DNA from: Candidatus Babeliales bacterium
GTDB lineage: Bacteria; Babelota; Babeliae; Babelales; JANWKD01
Length of the DNA stretch: 64,000 nt
Assembly: GCA_963762115.1 (NCBI GenBank)
Contig: CAVXJH010000005.1
Location: 96,001-160,000, forward strand
Reading direction: 5' to 3'
Shown here in pieces: positions 39,587-50,174 of the stretch. Below the pieces are notes generated by a model. That model had not been told where the DNA came from, made no database searches, and worked only from the letters and a program-made list of their open reading frames with translations. The first letter of the stretch is position 1. Each line of letters starts with the position of its first letter. A program made the translations under genes and the position numbers.

Positions 39587-40942
39587 ATGAACTCAAAAAT
39601 GATTTTGGAACATGTTGAGGATAATATGCAAGCGGTGATCAAACAAGAAACACCCGAAACAAAAACTTTATGGCACCAATTCTTATCAGTCCACCCTGCT
39701 GACATCGCACAATTTCTCACTAATATTGAAAAAGATTCTGCAGAGGAACTCATAGTTCATTTGCCCAAACGACTCAAAGTCGGTGTATTTACCTATCTCT
39801 CAGATGCTATGAAAATCTTCATGCTCTCAATTTTGGAAAAAAGAGACAAAATTATTGTTTTGAATGCTACTTCTGTTGATGAACTTACCGACCTTTTTGA
39901 TTCATTATCAAACGAAGAGCTAAAAGCTTATTTAGATCTTCTTAATGCTCATGATCGACAACAAGTGATCTCTCTGCTCAAATTTGATCCTCAATCGGCT
40001 GGGGGCATCATGGATACTGATGTTATTACCCTAAGAGAAGATTTCACGGTTGAAAAAAGTATTAATATTTTACAACGCTTAAAACCCCGTCTTGACTTGC
40101 ATCAACAAATTTATGTCACCAATCATGAAAATAAACTCGTCGGTCATATTGGGCTAGAAGATCTAGTACTCAAAAGTCCGCAAGCACGGCTCAGCTCTTT
40201 TATGCTCAAAAATGATCTCATTGCTCATGTTGATGAAGACCAAGAAAAAATCGCCAAAGAGATGATTCACTATCAAATGATGACCGTACCTGTTGTGGGG
40301 AAAAATAATTTTTTTCTAGGCGTTATTCCTAGTGAAACATTAGTTAACATTATTGAGCAAGAAGCAAGCGAAGACGTCTATCGTATTTCTGCAATGGTAC
40401 CCATCACAAAAACTTATTTTGACACTTCTTTTTTCAGAATTCTTTATGAGCGCAGTTATATTCTCATCATTCTGTTGCTTGCACAATCACTTTCCACCAT
40501 GATTATTCGCAATTATGAAGCAACATTAACTGGCTTTTTGATGCTTTTTATCACCATGCTCACGAGTACCGGTGGCAATTCAAGCAGTCAAACCTCTGCT
40601 TTAGTTATTCAAGGCATGGCATCAGGCGAAATTAATGCTTCAAACATTCCACGCTTTTTGCGCAGAGAATTAGGCATGGCAGGTATGATGGCAATTTTGT
40701 TGGGAATTTTTTCATTTGCGCGCGTTTATTTTACGTATGGTCAATTGCTCGGCAGCATTGTGGTGAGTATTTCTCTTGCCTTAATCGTGCTTGTTTCTGT
40801 CGTTCTTGGAAGTGGCATCCCTATCATTTTGAAAAAATTACACTTTGATCCGGCTTTTGCAGCTGGTCCTTTTTTGGCAACGATTATGGATATTCTGGGA
40901 TTATTTATTTATTGCTACATCAGCAGTATTTTCCTGCAATAA
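39587..40942 (+). CDS. mgtE: Magnesium transporter MgtE
   Basis: HPADIA, SAGGIM + CBS pair, GGNSSSQ, DPAFAAGPFLATIMD. Confidence 0.95.
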   Translation: MNSKMILEHVEDNMQAVIKQETPETKTLWHQFLSVHPADIAQFLTNIEKDSAEELIVHLPKRLKVGVFTYLSDAMKIFMLSILEKRDKIIVLNATSVDELTDLFDSLSNEELKAYLDLLNAHDRQQVISLLKFDPQSAGGIMDTDVITLREDFTVEKSINILQRLKPRLDLHQQIYVTNHENKLVGHIGLEDLVLKSPQARLSSFMLKNDLIAHVDEDQEKIAKEMIHYQMMTVPVVGKNNFFLGVIPSETLVNIIEQEASEDVYRISAMVPITKTYFDTSFFRILYERSYILIILLLAQSLSTMIIRNYEATLTGFLMLFITMLTSTGGNSSSQTSALVIQGMASGEINASNIPRFLRRELGMAGMMAILLGIFSFARVYFTYGQLLGSIVVSISLALIVLVSVVLGSGIPIILKKLHFDPAFAAGPFLATIMDILGLFIYCYISSIFLQ

Positions 40943-41560
40943 ATCAACACAATCGTTTTCCACACCAATATCACCAAAATCAAGATGCAAAGTATAAAGA
41001 ATTTTCGATGGCTTAGTAAAAGGGATATGGAAACTACTTTTATTACTTAACTTGAAAGAAACTTTAGGCATTTTCCCTGAAGCTATTATTTTTTCTAGTT
41101 TTTTTAACTCTTTATCCAATTTCTTCTCATCGCGACTATAAAAAGTCGGCAATGCATGCAAAAAATGCCAATAATAACTGTTTTCCAATTGAAGGTAAAT
41201 ACAGTTAAAAGGACGATTTCCATTATTATCAACATTATAATACGTAATTCTAATATGATCTAAAGCTAAATGTTCTGACTGCAAATATCCCAAAAGCAGT
41301 TCATTTTCATGAAGAATTCTCAAGGCATTAGCCTTATTTGGTTGATAAGGGCGTTGTTGTTGAGCTATTATTGCCAAAACTCGCTTTCTTGAAGCAATTT
41401 GTTCCTGATGATAGGTGATTTTCTCCTGATAAGCATCCGCTATTAATTCTTGCCAAGGAACAAGAAACGCTTTATGATCAAAAGCTTGCAGGGAAAAACA
41501 GGTTAGGAAAAAAAGAAAAAAGATATAATTTTTTTGCATAATAACCTCCTTAATATACAA
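40901..41560 (-). CDS. Hypothetical exported protein
   Basis: RBS ggagg before MQKNY (41539); signal peptide ending LQA. Confidence 0.7.
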   Translation of the reverse strand: MYIKEVIMQKNYIFFLFFLTCFSLQAFDHKAFLVPWQELIADAYQEKITYHQEQIASRKRVLAIIAQQQRPYQPNKANALRILHENELLLGYLQSEHLALDHIRITYYNVDNNGNRPFNCIYLQLENSYYWHFLHALPTFYSRDEKKLDKELKKLEKIIASGKMPKVSFKLSNKSSFHIPFTKPSKILYTLHLDFGDIGVENDCVDLLQENTADVAINK

Positions 41561-41624
41561 TATATTATTCAGTTTATCACAAGAAATAAAGAGTGTAAAA
41601 AGGCTATAATGTATAAAAAATTAC

Positions 41625-42440
41625 TTATAAAATTGTAATTTCAACTATTTCCAAATTACCTTCAACCCTAATGCCACGTTGCTCTAGAAGATCTTTCATT
41701 TTTTCAAGAGCATCAGTAAAACCGCCAAGCGCATCAATTAAGCCAAGTTCTAACGCTTCTGTGCCAACAAATTCTTTTCCGTCAGCCCATATTTTTTCAT
41801 CTTCTAATGATAAGCCTCTTGCTTGTGCAACATCGGTTATACATTGCTTATATATTTTTGCGCTATTCTGTTGCATATACTCTCTATGTTCATCACTCAA
41901 AGGCACATAACGGCAACTTGAATTTTTATAAGAGCCTGAAGTAATAACTATGGTTTCCATAGTTCCTGAGACGCCATTCTCATTAAACTTTAGATCTTTG
42001 TACTGTCGCATAGTTCTTATTACTCCAAGGCACCCCACCTCTGAAGAAGGCAAAGCAAAAATAAAATCAGCAGCAGTTGCTAAATAATAAGCACATGAAT
42101 AACAATAATTTTCAACAATAACAATGACAGGTTTCGATTTCTTAATTTTTTTTATTTCATTAAAAACCGCTTGCGTCGTTCCAAAGTTTCCCCCAAAACA
42201 ATTTATATGAATAAGTATTCCTTTAATCTTAGGATCAGCATGCAACTGTAATAATCCCTGTATAATAGTTCTTGCACTTTCTAAGTCGTTTTCAATGCTC
42301 ATTAAACCAACATAAGCGGGTGAAACCTTTTCTTCTGTATTAGTGGTTACTTTTTTTATGAAATAATCAAAACTAAAGATACTTTCAGATGCATGCATAT
42401 TGAATAAAAACATACACAGAAACAATACTATTTTTTTCAT
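41625..42440 (-). CDS. Peptidase S49 (SppA-like)
   Basis: IHINCFGG, KPVIV, SCAYYLA, VGCLGV, SGSYK, ADGKEF.G.EALELGLID.LG. Confidence 0.9.
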   Translation of the reverse strand: MKKIVLFLCMFLFNMHASESIFSFDYFIKKVTTNTEEKVSPAYVGLMSIENDLESARTIIQGLLQLHADPKIKGILIHINCFGGNFGTTQAVFNEIKKIKKSKPVIVIVENYCYSCAYYLATAADFIFALPSSEVGCLGVIRTMRQYKDLKFNENGVSGTMETIVITSGSYKNSSCRYVPLSDEHREYMQQNSAKIYKQCITDVAQARGLSLEDEKIWADGKEFVGTEALELGLIDALGGFTDALEKMKDLLEQRGIRVEGNLEIVEITIL

Positions 42441-42624
42441 CTACAAAAAATCCCTTCTTGATTTATGCTATTAGTTTCAATTATAAATATTAACAAGATA
42501 AACAATATTTAACTAGGAATCATATCTTAAACATCTTAAATTTTACACGAAAAAGTAAAATTGGTATAAAGAAAATCACCTAACAAGTTATTGTCTAGGT
42601 AAAAAAAACAAAGGAGAAAAGAAC

Positions 42625-43311
42625 ATGAAGATACTTATGGTATTAACATCTCACGATCAACTGGGCAACACTGGCCGCAAAACCGGTTTCTGGCTTGAAG
42701 AATTTGCAGCCCCTTATTATGTATTCAGGAATGCTGGTGTTGAACTAACATTAGCATCACCAAAAGGTGGGCAACCGCCTATTGATCCGAAGAGCGATCT
42801 GCCAGAGAATCAGACTCCCGCGATGACACGATTCAAGCAAGATAAAACGGCGCAAAAAGCACTTTCACAAACGGTTAAGCTCGCCGCTATGAAGGCGGAA
42901 GATTTTGACACTGTATTTTATGTGGGTGGTCATGGGCCTATGTGGGACCTTGTCGACAATCCCGATTCAATAGCCCTCATCGAATCTTTCTACAATGCAG
43001 GCAAGCCGGTTGCCGCAGTCTGCCATTCATCAGCTGTGCTCCATAAAGTGACCTATGAGGGAGCTCCACTAATTAAGGGCAAGCGCGTGACAGGTTTTAC
43101 TAACGGTGAAGAGGAAGCTGTACACCTTACCAAAGTTGTGCCATTCCTTGTTGAAGATGAACTGAAAAGACTAGGCGGCCTTTATGAGAAAGCGCCCGAT
43201 TGGGAGAGCTTTGTGGTCGTTGATGGTCAACTTGTTACCGGACAGAACCCTGCATCATCGACCGCTGCGGCGCGTGCGCTTTTGAATTTATTTGCAAAAA
43301 AATCTGCTTAG
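42625..43311 (+). CDS. DJ-1/PfpI (type 1 glutamine amidotransferase-like) protein
   Basis: TGFWLEE, ASPKGG, GGHGPMWDL, AVCH, VTGQNPAS. Confidence 0.92.
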   Translation: MKILMVLTSHDQLGNTGRKTGFWLEEFAAPYYVFRNAGVELTLASPKGGQPPIDPKSDLPENQTPAMTRFKQDKTAQKALSQTVKLAAMKAEDFDTVFYVGGHGPMWDLVDNPDSIALIESFYNAGKPVAAVCHSSAVLHKVTYEGAPLIKGKRVTGFTNGEEEAVHLTKVVPFLVEDELKRLGGLYEKAPDWESFVVVDGQLVTGQNPASSTAAARALLNLFAKKSA

Positions 43312-43371
43312 TTGTTTGATCGGATCAACAGCAAATTGAATCAGATTTTTTTATTATACTGTTTTTTATAT

Positions 43372-43731
43372 TCAATCATTTTTTTTATTTTCGCTGTTTT
43401 TTCTCTTGTCTTTATAAAATTCTTTACTCGTCACCGCTACGAGAGAAAAAGCAGCAAAGCCAGCCGAAAGTGATTGCAAAATATCACCAGACCATGCGTA
43501 CATGCAGGATGACGTTCCTAAACAAGCACTGCAGCCTGTGGTAGTACAACAAACAAAATGCTCACAATCAAGATCATCTTTAAAGTTACTTTTTATAAAA
43601 GATGCTATTAAACCTGGCTTCTCATTAATGCCCGTATTACACATACAAAAATTTTCATTAGCTATATTCGATGATAAAAATAACAGTACAAACAACCATA
43701 GCTTCATTAATGTCTCCTTAATTAATACCAT
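43372..43731 (-). CDS. Small Cys-rich exported/membrane protein
   Basis: Signal peptide, Cys-rich paired hydrophobic segments, basic tail. Confidence 0.6.
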   Translation of the reverse strand: MVLIKETLMKLWLFVLLFLSSNIANENFCMCNTGINEKPGLIASFIKSNFKDDLDCEHFVCCTTTGCSACLGTSSCMYAWSGDILQSLSAGFAAFSLVAVTSKEFYKDKRKNSENKKND

Positions 43732-43853
43732 ACTTCATTTCATCGCACCGTAAACACATTTTAATATAAACCATTACTGTCATTAAAAGCAATTTTAATT
43801 ATCCGTGTCAATAAAAACGAGCAACTCTGCACCAATATAAATAACGCGACTTG

Positions 43854-43908
43854 GCAAAGAAAAGTTTATTGTATTATTTGGATAAGCTGGAATCAAAGCT
43901 GCCTCTCT
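43854..43908 (+). pseudogene. Relic fragment of the rep gene
   Basis: gcaaagaaaaagtttattgtattatttggataagctggaatcaaagctgcctctc aligns to rep 58053-58106 (AKKVLLHYLDELESKRPL). Confidence 0.7.
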
Positions 43909-43976
43909 TGCAAGCATTCAATTGATTATAAGAAAAGAATTAATAGAAATTAAGCCATTATCTTTAATGAAAATTC

Positions 43977-44393
43977 CTATCGAACGATAAGCTTTCCTTT
44001 TTGATCAGTAGTAACTTGATAATTCTTTTTTTGAGGGTCAGTAATTTTTACTTGTTGTTTAGATGGCGGTGCTTGCATCTCAATAATTAAATTATTTCCT
44101 GGCATGGAGACGGTAGAATTATTTCCAGGGATTGGGAATTTTGATATTGCATTATTAAATTCTTCTTGTTCTTTCGGTGTTGAATCTACCGTAAGAAGCA
44201 AGGGGGATATGGTTTTATTTGAATCTAAATAGTATTTTAGTCCTTTTCCATTATAAGTAACAGTTATAGCAAGTGTAAAAAAGGTATTATTTGTAAGACT
44301 ACTTTTATAGAAGGGTATGTCTTTTGTTGTGCCCATTAATGGAGTAATAGATATTATGAACATAATAATACAAAAGGCATGTTTAAAATTCAT
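43977..44393 (-). CDS. Hypothetical exported protein
   Basis: Signal peptide; 138 aa. Confidence 0.65.
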   Translation of the reverse strand: MNFKHAFCIIMFIISITPLMGTTKDIPFYKSSLTNNTFFTLAITVTYNGKGLKYYLDSNKTISPLLLTVDSTPKEQEEFNNAISKFPIPGNNSTVSMPGNNLIIEMQAPPSKQQVKITDPQKKNYQVTTDQKGKLIVR

Positions 44394-44450
44394 TATTTTT
44401 CCCTTTAGAAGTTATACGTGAGCAACTTATTGCTTTTAAGTCTTTATCGC

Positions 44451-44903
44451 TTACAAAGTAATTCCATATTTAGATTTGAATTTATCAATTATCGATTTAT
44501 ACACTGTTTTAAGCTCATCCATTTTTTGTTTTAATCGAAGATATGTATCAAGATCTATAGTACCTAGTTGATGTGTAAGAGTGTTATTATTGAACATAAG
44601 ATTAATATTATTGGTTTGCAGCACTCCTCCTTTAAAACTTAGAGACCCTGTTAATTTATCAATTTTTTCAATTGATGAAATTAAATCACGCCCATTTCTG
44701 ATTAATGCATCTATATTTTCCTCTACTAAATCAATAGTTGTTTTTTTATTTTCAAAATTTATTGTATTAAGCTTTTCTGTAATTTCATCCATATTTTCAA
44801 GACCAATTGAAAAACTAGAAAGATCACGCCATAAACTCTCATCATTAGCCATAATTACAAACATTCCACTGATTAAAATCATACTCAACGAAATATTTCT
44901 CAC
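44451..44903 (-). CDS. Hypothetical exported protein
   Basis: RBS aggag, GTG start, hydrophobic N-terminus. Confidence 0.65.
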   Translation of the reverse strand: MRNISLSMILISGMFVIMANDESLWRDLSSFSIGLENMDEITEKLNTINFENKKTTIDLVEENIDALIRNGRDLISSIEKIDKLTGSLSFKGGVLQTNNINLMFNNNTLTHQLGTIDLDTYLRLKQKMDELKTVYKSIIDKFKSKYGITL

Positions 44904-45086
44904 TACCAGCTCCTTTTTTAAATAAGAAAAATAATTACCATCCTGTCTTTATTATAATATTTTTATTTCCAGTATGGCAATAATTTTGCCTTTTGCTTAA
45001 TCGCGTTTAATAAATATATTGACTCACACTCGCAACTTTCTATATTATTAATTTATAATAGAAAATTATCAAAAAATAATAATAAT

Positions 45087-45929
45087 ATGTCGTCGATCAA
45101 AAAGGAGCCTTCCACAATGAACTTAAATAGTAATAAAAATCATGCATTGATGCTGATCTTAATATTGCCAAATTTAATACTCCAAGCTGATGAGCTTGAA
45201 AGGTGTGTTGTTTTAAACAAACGAATAACAGAATTAAAAGAACGATTCAATGAATCTGATGAAAATATTATTAAGCGCCACAAAGAAGGAATTCAAAAGC
45301 AATTAAGCTCTCTCGCGGATGAAATGCCATCATTGAGTAAAAAACGTGCTAACGCTAATCAATTGTTAAATGAAGCTCGTAAAAATGAAGAAAGAAGGAT
45401 TATTAGTTTCAGTGAGTTTTTATCAGACAAAGAAAAAGAACTTGCCCAACCAGATGATATCATTTTACGAAACAAAAAAGAAATCCTTCAAAGCCAAATT
45501 TCTATGGGCAATAATCGACTTACGCAAATTTATCAAGAGCAATTGACTAAACAATCAGATGAAAATGTTAAAAAACCATTAACATTAACAATAGAAAAAA
45601 ATTTAAATGAACTTTTGAAATTTCAATTATTACCTGATAGTGAACTACTAAAAATAGAAAAAACAGAAATTCAAAATGATATTGCGATTATAAAAAACGA
45701 AATTGAACAAGCAAAAAAAATTGTACAATCTGATGCTTTGCTTATTGACAGGGAACAAAAAGGTATTGATCAATCAATAGAATTTTTAAAAGATAGACGT
45801 GAAAGATTGCAAAAACAATTAGACTTGCCAGATCAAATATTATTGCAGAATGCAAAAGATGATATTCAGCAGCGGTTTCAAATGAGCATGCGAAGAGCAT
45901 TTCAAAATAATTGTCCAGTTGATTTGTAG
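45087..45929 (+). CDS. Exported coiled-coil protein with internal repeats
   Basis: Signal ending LQA; recurring (S/P)Dxx(I/L)(I/L) units. Confidence 0.7.
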   Translation: MSSIKKEPSTMNLNSNKNHALMLILILPNLILQADELERCVVLNKRITELKERFNESDENIIKRHKEGIQKQLSSLADEMPSLSKKRANANQLLNEARKNEERRIISFSEFLSDKEKELAQPDDIILRNKKEILQSQISMGNNRLTQIYQEQLTKQSDENVKKPLTLTIEKNLNELLKFQLLPDSELLKIEKTEIQNDIAIIKNEIEQAKKIVQSDALLIDREQKGIDQSIEFLKDRRERLQKQLDLPDQILLQNAKDDIQQRFQMSMRRAFQNNCPVDL

Positions 45930-45936
45930 ACGAAAT

Positions 45937-45978
45937 AAAAATAGCACTATGAATAACTATTTTCATAGTGCTATTTTT
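45937..45978. terminator. Bidirectional terminator
   Basis: aaaaatagcactatgaa...ttcatagtgctattttt. Confidence 0.75.
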
Positions 45979-45991
45979 GTATCCAATATAA

Positions 45992-46336
45992 TCAATCAGA
46001 TTTTTCTTTTTTATTAAATTCTCTATGGGAAGTTCCTCGACCTGATAGAGCATTAAGAGCTAATCCCATAAAAGTAACGCCCACGAATGCAACTGGGGCA
46101 GCAACATTATTAGAAAAAATTTGATGAGCGCTGTATGCCGATGCTAAGCCAGCACAACAACTTGTACAAAGATCAACAGTTAAATCGCTGCAAAAAGAGT
46201 CTTCTTCAAACGTATCTTTTGTAAAAGATGACAATGGTTGAGATTTACAACTTTGTTGTAATTCTTTTTTCATAGAAAAATTTGTATTGGGCATATTCAA
46301 CAATAAGAATAAAAAAGCAAGTGATAATTGTTTCAC
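45992..46336 (-). CDS. Small exported/membrane protein
   Basis: GTG start; signal then MKK; paired hydrophobic segments; similar layout to 43372-43731. Confidence 0.6.
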   Translation of the reverse strand: MKQLSLAFLFLLLNMPNTNFSMKKELQQSCKSQPLSSFTKDTFEEDSFCSDLTVDLCTSCCAGLASAYSAHQIFSNNVAAPVAFVGVTFMGLALNALSGRGTSHREFNKKEKSD

Positions 46337-46342
46337 TGAGGT

Positions 46343-46414
46343 TTCCTTTTAAGTACATTATGTATGGAATAGAAGCATGCACAGCATACAAAAAAAATTA
46401 ATAAAAATCATCTA
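46343..46414. repeat. ~72-bp leader block duplicated at 59517-59588
   Basis: ttcctt.taagtacattatg.atg.aatagaa.catgcacagcatacaaaaaaaattaata.aaatcatcta in both. Confidence 0.9.
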
Positions 46415-46513
46415 TATCTCACGAAAGTGAACGTTATTTGCAAATATTTTTTAGTTCAGAAATTTTCATAATATGATATTGATAGGATAAAAGTTTATAA
46501 TAAAAATTAAATT

Positions 46514-47614
46514 ATGTTAAAATATATTGTTGTTTTTAGTTGTATTTTGTCTATAACTATGGATGTAGATGCTATGAGTAAAAAAAGTTTTGCCAGTGAT
46601 AATTATGCTGGTATCCATCCTGAGGTACTTAAGGCTATAATTGATGCTAATCAGGGGCATGATAAGGCTTATGGTGGAGATGCGCTTACTCAGAAAGCTG
46701 TCGAAATTTTTAAAAAACATTTTGGACCACAAATTGACGTGTATTTTGTTCTAACGGGAACTGCTGCAAACGTTTTAGGGTTATCAACCTTATTGAAATC
46801 TTATCAAGGGATCATCTGTGCAGAGACTGCTCATATTAACGTGGACGAGGCGGGTGCTCCTGAAAAATATACCGGATCCAAATTACTTACCATAAAAACC
46901 GCTGATGGCAAGATTACTGTTGATGATATTAAAAATCAATTATTTTCCATGGGCGATCAGCACAAAGTGCAGCCAAAGGTAGTGTCTATTACGCAAGGTA
47001 CTGAATTGGGTACGTTATATACACCAGATGAAATCAAGAAGATAACTGACTTTGCTCACGCACATACTATGTTTGTTCATATGGATGGTGCAAGACTGTG
47101 TAATGCTGCTGCGGCTTTAAATCTGCCCTTAGCGGAAATAACTACTGATGTCGGTATTGATTTACTATCATTTGGTGGAACTAAAGATGGCATGATGCTT
47201 GGCGAGGCTGTCATCTTTTTTAATAAAAATTTATCTGAAGATTTTAAGTTTATTCGTAAACAAGGTATGCAGCTTGTTTCAAAAATGAGATTTATTTCCG
47301 CGCAATTCATAGCACTTTTGTCCAATGATTTATGGAAAAAAAATGCTCAACATGCAAATGCCATGGCACAATTATTAGCGGAAGAGCTCAAAGCTGTTCC
47401 TGAAATTGGACTAAGCAGAAATGTACAAGCGAATGCTGTATTTGCTTATGTTGATCCAGTATTAATCCCTATTCTTCAAGAAAAATATTTCTTTTACATC
47501 TGGGATGAGATTACGTCCGAAGTTCGTTGGATGACTTCGTTTGATACAACACAGGAAGACATCTTGGAATTTGTTAATTTCATTAAGCAAACAATATCAA
47601 AAAAATCTAGTTAA
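46514..47614 (+). CDS. ltaE: Low-specificity L-threonine aldolase (PLP) with N-terminal signal-like extension
   Basis: SFASDNY, TGTAAN, HINVDEAGAPE, HMDGARL, SFGGTK, RKQGMQL.SKMRF. Confidence 0.9.
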   Translation: MLKYIVVFSCILSITMDVDAMSKKSFASDNYAGIHPEVLKAIIDANQGHDKAYGGDALTQKAVEIFKKHFGPQIDVYFVLTGTAANVLGLSTLLKSYQGIICAETAHINVDEAGAPEKYTGSKLLTIKTADGKITVDDIKNQLFSMGDQHKVQPKVVSITQGTELGTLYTPDEIKKITDFAHAHTMFVHMDGARLCNAAAALNLPLAEITTDVGIDLLSFGGTKDGMMLGEAVIFFNKNLSEDFKFIRKQGMQLVSKMRFISAQFIALLSNDLWKKNAQHANAMAQLLAEELKAVPEIGLSRNVQANAVFAYVDPVLIPILQEKYFFYIWDEITSEVRWMTSFDTTQEDILEFVNFIKQTISKKSS

Positions 47615-47744
47615 CCGCCGAGTACTACTTTATACGGCCCTTGTTTTTTATCAGCAATTACTTTACCTTTAAATCATCTTGTTTACATCCAATGCTAACT
47701 CGTTTCATAAGAATGCAAACCGCGTTTAACTTTGCAAAAGCGAA

Positions 47745-50174
47745 TCAATGCTCAGTATATGGTTTAGTTATCAAATATTCTTGAATTAGATATTTTATCC
47801 AATCATTGATGACTAAAGAAAATACAAATGCATAACTCATTATAAAAAAAGTATATGCTATCGGTATTGGTGTAAATTCTAATAAGCCAAGTGTTGTAAT
47901 TAAAAAAGCTCCCACTATATCGATTATTATCGCACTCAGCAATGTTTTGCTTGGCATTGTGCGCCAAAAGTGCCCTCTTTCTCTCACCACAAAAACAGAA
48001 AATATTGCAAAATAAAAGAGTATTTCAAAGCAAAAGGTATTAAGAGAATGCTTATCTACTTGAAGATAGGTAATTCCTATGTATAAAAGTCCAAGTGCTT
48101 CTATTACCATTGCAATTCCTAAAATAAACGCAATGCGACTTACCTGAGCAATATTCCAAGAACATGGCTTTTTTGATATTTCTTCATTATCTGTAGCAAG
48201 AGAGAGTTTTATAAAATCAGTCATAAAAATAAGTAAAAGCATCTCTAATGATGAGATTACATATTCTCCAGTTATTAAAAATGCAATGACAATGAAACCG
48301 GTTTTTAAAACTGTGCGAGAAATTTTATTGATAATCCAAGTATTAACTCGTCGAAAAATGAGTCGCCCCATTTTTATGAGATAATTAATATGATAAAGAC
48401 CAGCTTCAGTTAATACAATGCTGGCTGCTTTTTTTGCTGCATCTGTAGCATCCTGCACAGCAATGCCAACTTCTGCCTGCTTTAAAGCTGGCGCATCATT
48501 GACGCCATCGCCCATCATACCAACAATCTGTCCCTCAATTTGTAATATCTTAACAATTTTGTATTTATCTTCCGGAAAAATTTCAGCAAAAATATTGTTT
48601 TTTTTAACTATTTCTTTAATCTGAACTTGATTTTGATTTTTATAGATTGAAAAATTAACAGCATCCCCTTCAAGATCAACAATTCTAGCTATTTCCTGAG
48701 TAATTGCTAAAGCATCCCCTGTTAATAATTTAATGCTTATTCCCAAGTCTCTTAGTTCAGCTAAAACTTTTTTTGATTCAGGCCTTGGAGGATCTTGTAA
48801 TGCACTAAGACCTACAATAGTTGGTATATTATTAATAGTTTTTGCTATGGCGATAGTGCGATATCCTTTTTTTGCAAAAGAATCTGCATAATTGGTCAAT
48901 TTATTACTTTCTGCATCAGACAATTCAAAATGTTGTATCATTAAATTCAATGAACCCTTATAAACATGAAGAGTCTTTCCATCTTTTTCAAGAAGCACAT
49001 CAGTTCTTTTAGTCGTTGGTTCAAATGGTATCAACTCTTTAATAGTATATGATGCAAGCGATAATTTTTTTTGTTTGGCAGCTTCAATAAATGCAAGGTC
49101 AATCGGATCTAGACTTGCCTCTTGTGAGGCTAATGCACCATAAAGCAGTACGTCATCAGATGAAGTATCAGCAAAGGTAACAATCTCAACAATGGCAAGT
49201 TGATTCAATGTTAAGGTACCAGTTTTATCTATACACAAAGTTGTTAACAGTGCTGCATCTTCAAGAGCATTTAAACGTGATACAAGTACATTCTTCTTTG
49301 ATAAATTTCTTGACCCTATAGCCATACTAATAGTAAACATAGCTGGCAATGCAACTGGTATACCACCTAATAAAAGTACAAGCATAAGCGGTAAAATTTC
49401 TAAGAAAGGAATGCCCTGCTTCAATGAAATCAAAATCACGATTAAAATTATTCCCGTCACAATTGCCAAGAGCCATTTAGTTATTACCGTAATAATTAAA
49501 TCTACATGTGGTTCTGGCGCAGCCTTTTGCACTAATTCTATAGTTTTACCAAAATACGTTTTAGAACCAGTGAGAACAACAAGACCTTTTGCTTGACCAT
49601 GAGTCACGATTGAGCCTGAATAAACATAGTCATTGATATTTTTTTCTATCATTAACGATTCACCAGTTAGCGCTGATTGATCAACTTCCAATGAACTAGA
49701 AATTATCTTTATATCAGCAGGAATAAAATCACCGGTTTTAATACTAATAACATCGCCTGGTACAAGTTCTTTTGCTGGTATTAATAACCATACTCCATCT
49801 CGCAATACCTTAACGTGGATAAATAACTTTTTCTTCAAACCTTCAACAGCATTGGAAGCTAATAATTCTTCCATAAAACTTATAAGAGCATTCAAAAACA
49901 GTAGGGCAGTAACAATATAAAGATCAAAAAAGCGATGCAAAATCCATGAAAGTACAATTATAATTTCAAGCATCCAAGCAGTAATATTCCAAAATTTTTG
50001 TAAAAATTTTTTAATAACACTCGTTTTTTTCTCAGGAATTTCATTATAACCATATTGCTTTAATCTTTGCTGAACTTCTGCTTTATCAAGACCGTTATTA
50101 AAGTCTGTATTGAGTGTTTTTATCAGTTGATCTATATTTTGATGTAAAATTTCTTCGGCAGACATAAGATACAA
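47745..50174 (-). CDS. P-type ATPase, plasma-membrane H+-ATPase-like (P3A)
   Basis: DQSALTGES, GIPVALP, LCIDKTGTLTLN, DPPR, TGD, GDGVNDAPALK, ATDAAK.AA.IVL. Confidence 0.9.
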   Translation of the reverse strand: MYLMSAEEILHQNIDQLIKTLNTDFNNGLDKAEVQQRLKQYGYNEIPEKKTSVIKKFLQKFWNITAWMLEIIIVLSWILHRFFDLYIVTALLFLNALISFMEELLASNAVEGLKKKLFIHVKVLRDGVWLLIPAKELVPGDVISIKTGDFIPADIKIISSSLEVDQSALTGESLMIEKNINDYVYSGSIVTHGQAKGLVVLTGSKTYFGKTIELVQKAAPEPHVDLIITVITKWLLAIVTGIILIVILISLKQGIPFLEILPLMLVLLLGGIPVALPAMFTISMAIGSRNLSKKNVLVSRLNALEDAALLTTLCIDKTGTLTLNQLAIVEIVTFADTSSDDVLLYGALASQEASLDPIDLAFIEAAKQKKLSLASYTIKELIPFEPTTKRTDVLLEKDGKTLHVYKGSLNLMIQHFELSDAESNKLTNYADSFAKKGYRTIAIAKTINNIPTIVGLSALQDPPRPESKKVLAELRDLGISIKLLTGDALAITQEIARIVDLEGDAVNFSIYKNQNQVQIKEIVKKNNIFAEIFPEDKYKIVKILQIEGQIVGMMGDGVNDAPALKQAEVGIAVQDATDAAKKAASIVLTEAGLYHINYLIKMGRLIFRRVNTWIINKISRTVLKTGFIVIAFLITGEYVISSLEMLLLIFMTDFIKLSLATDNEEISKKPCSWNIAQVSRIAFILGIAMVIEALGLLYIGITYLQVDKHSLNTFCFEILFYFAIFSVFVVRERGHFWRTMPSKTLLSAIIIDIVGAFLITTLGLLEFTPIPIAYTFFIMSYAFVFSLVINDWIKYLIQEYLITKPYTEH

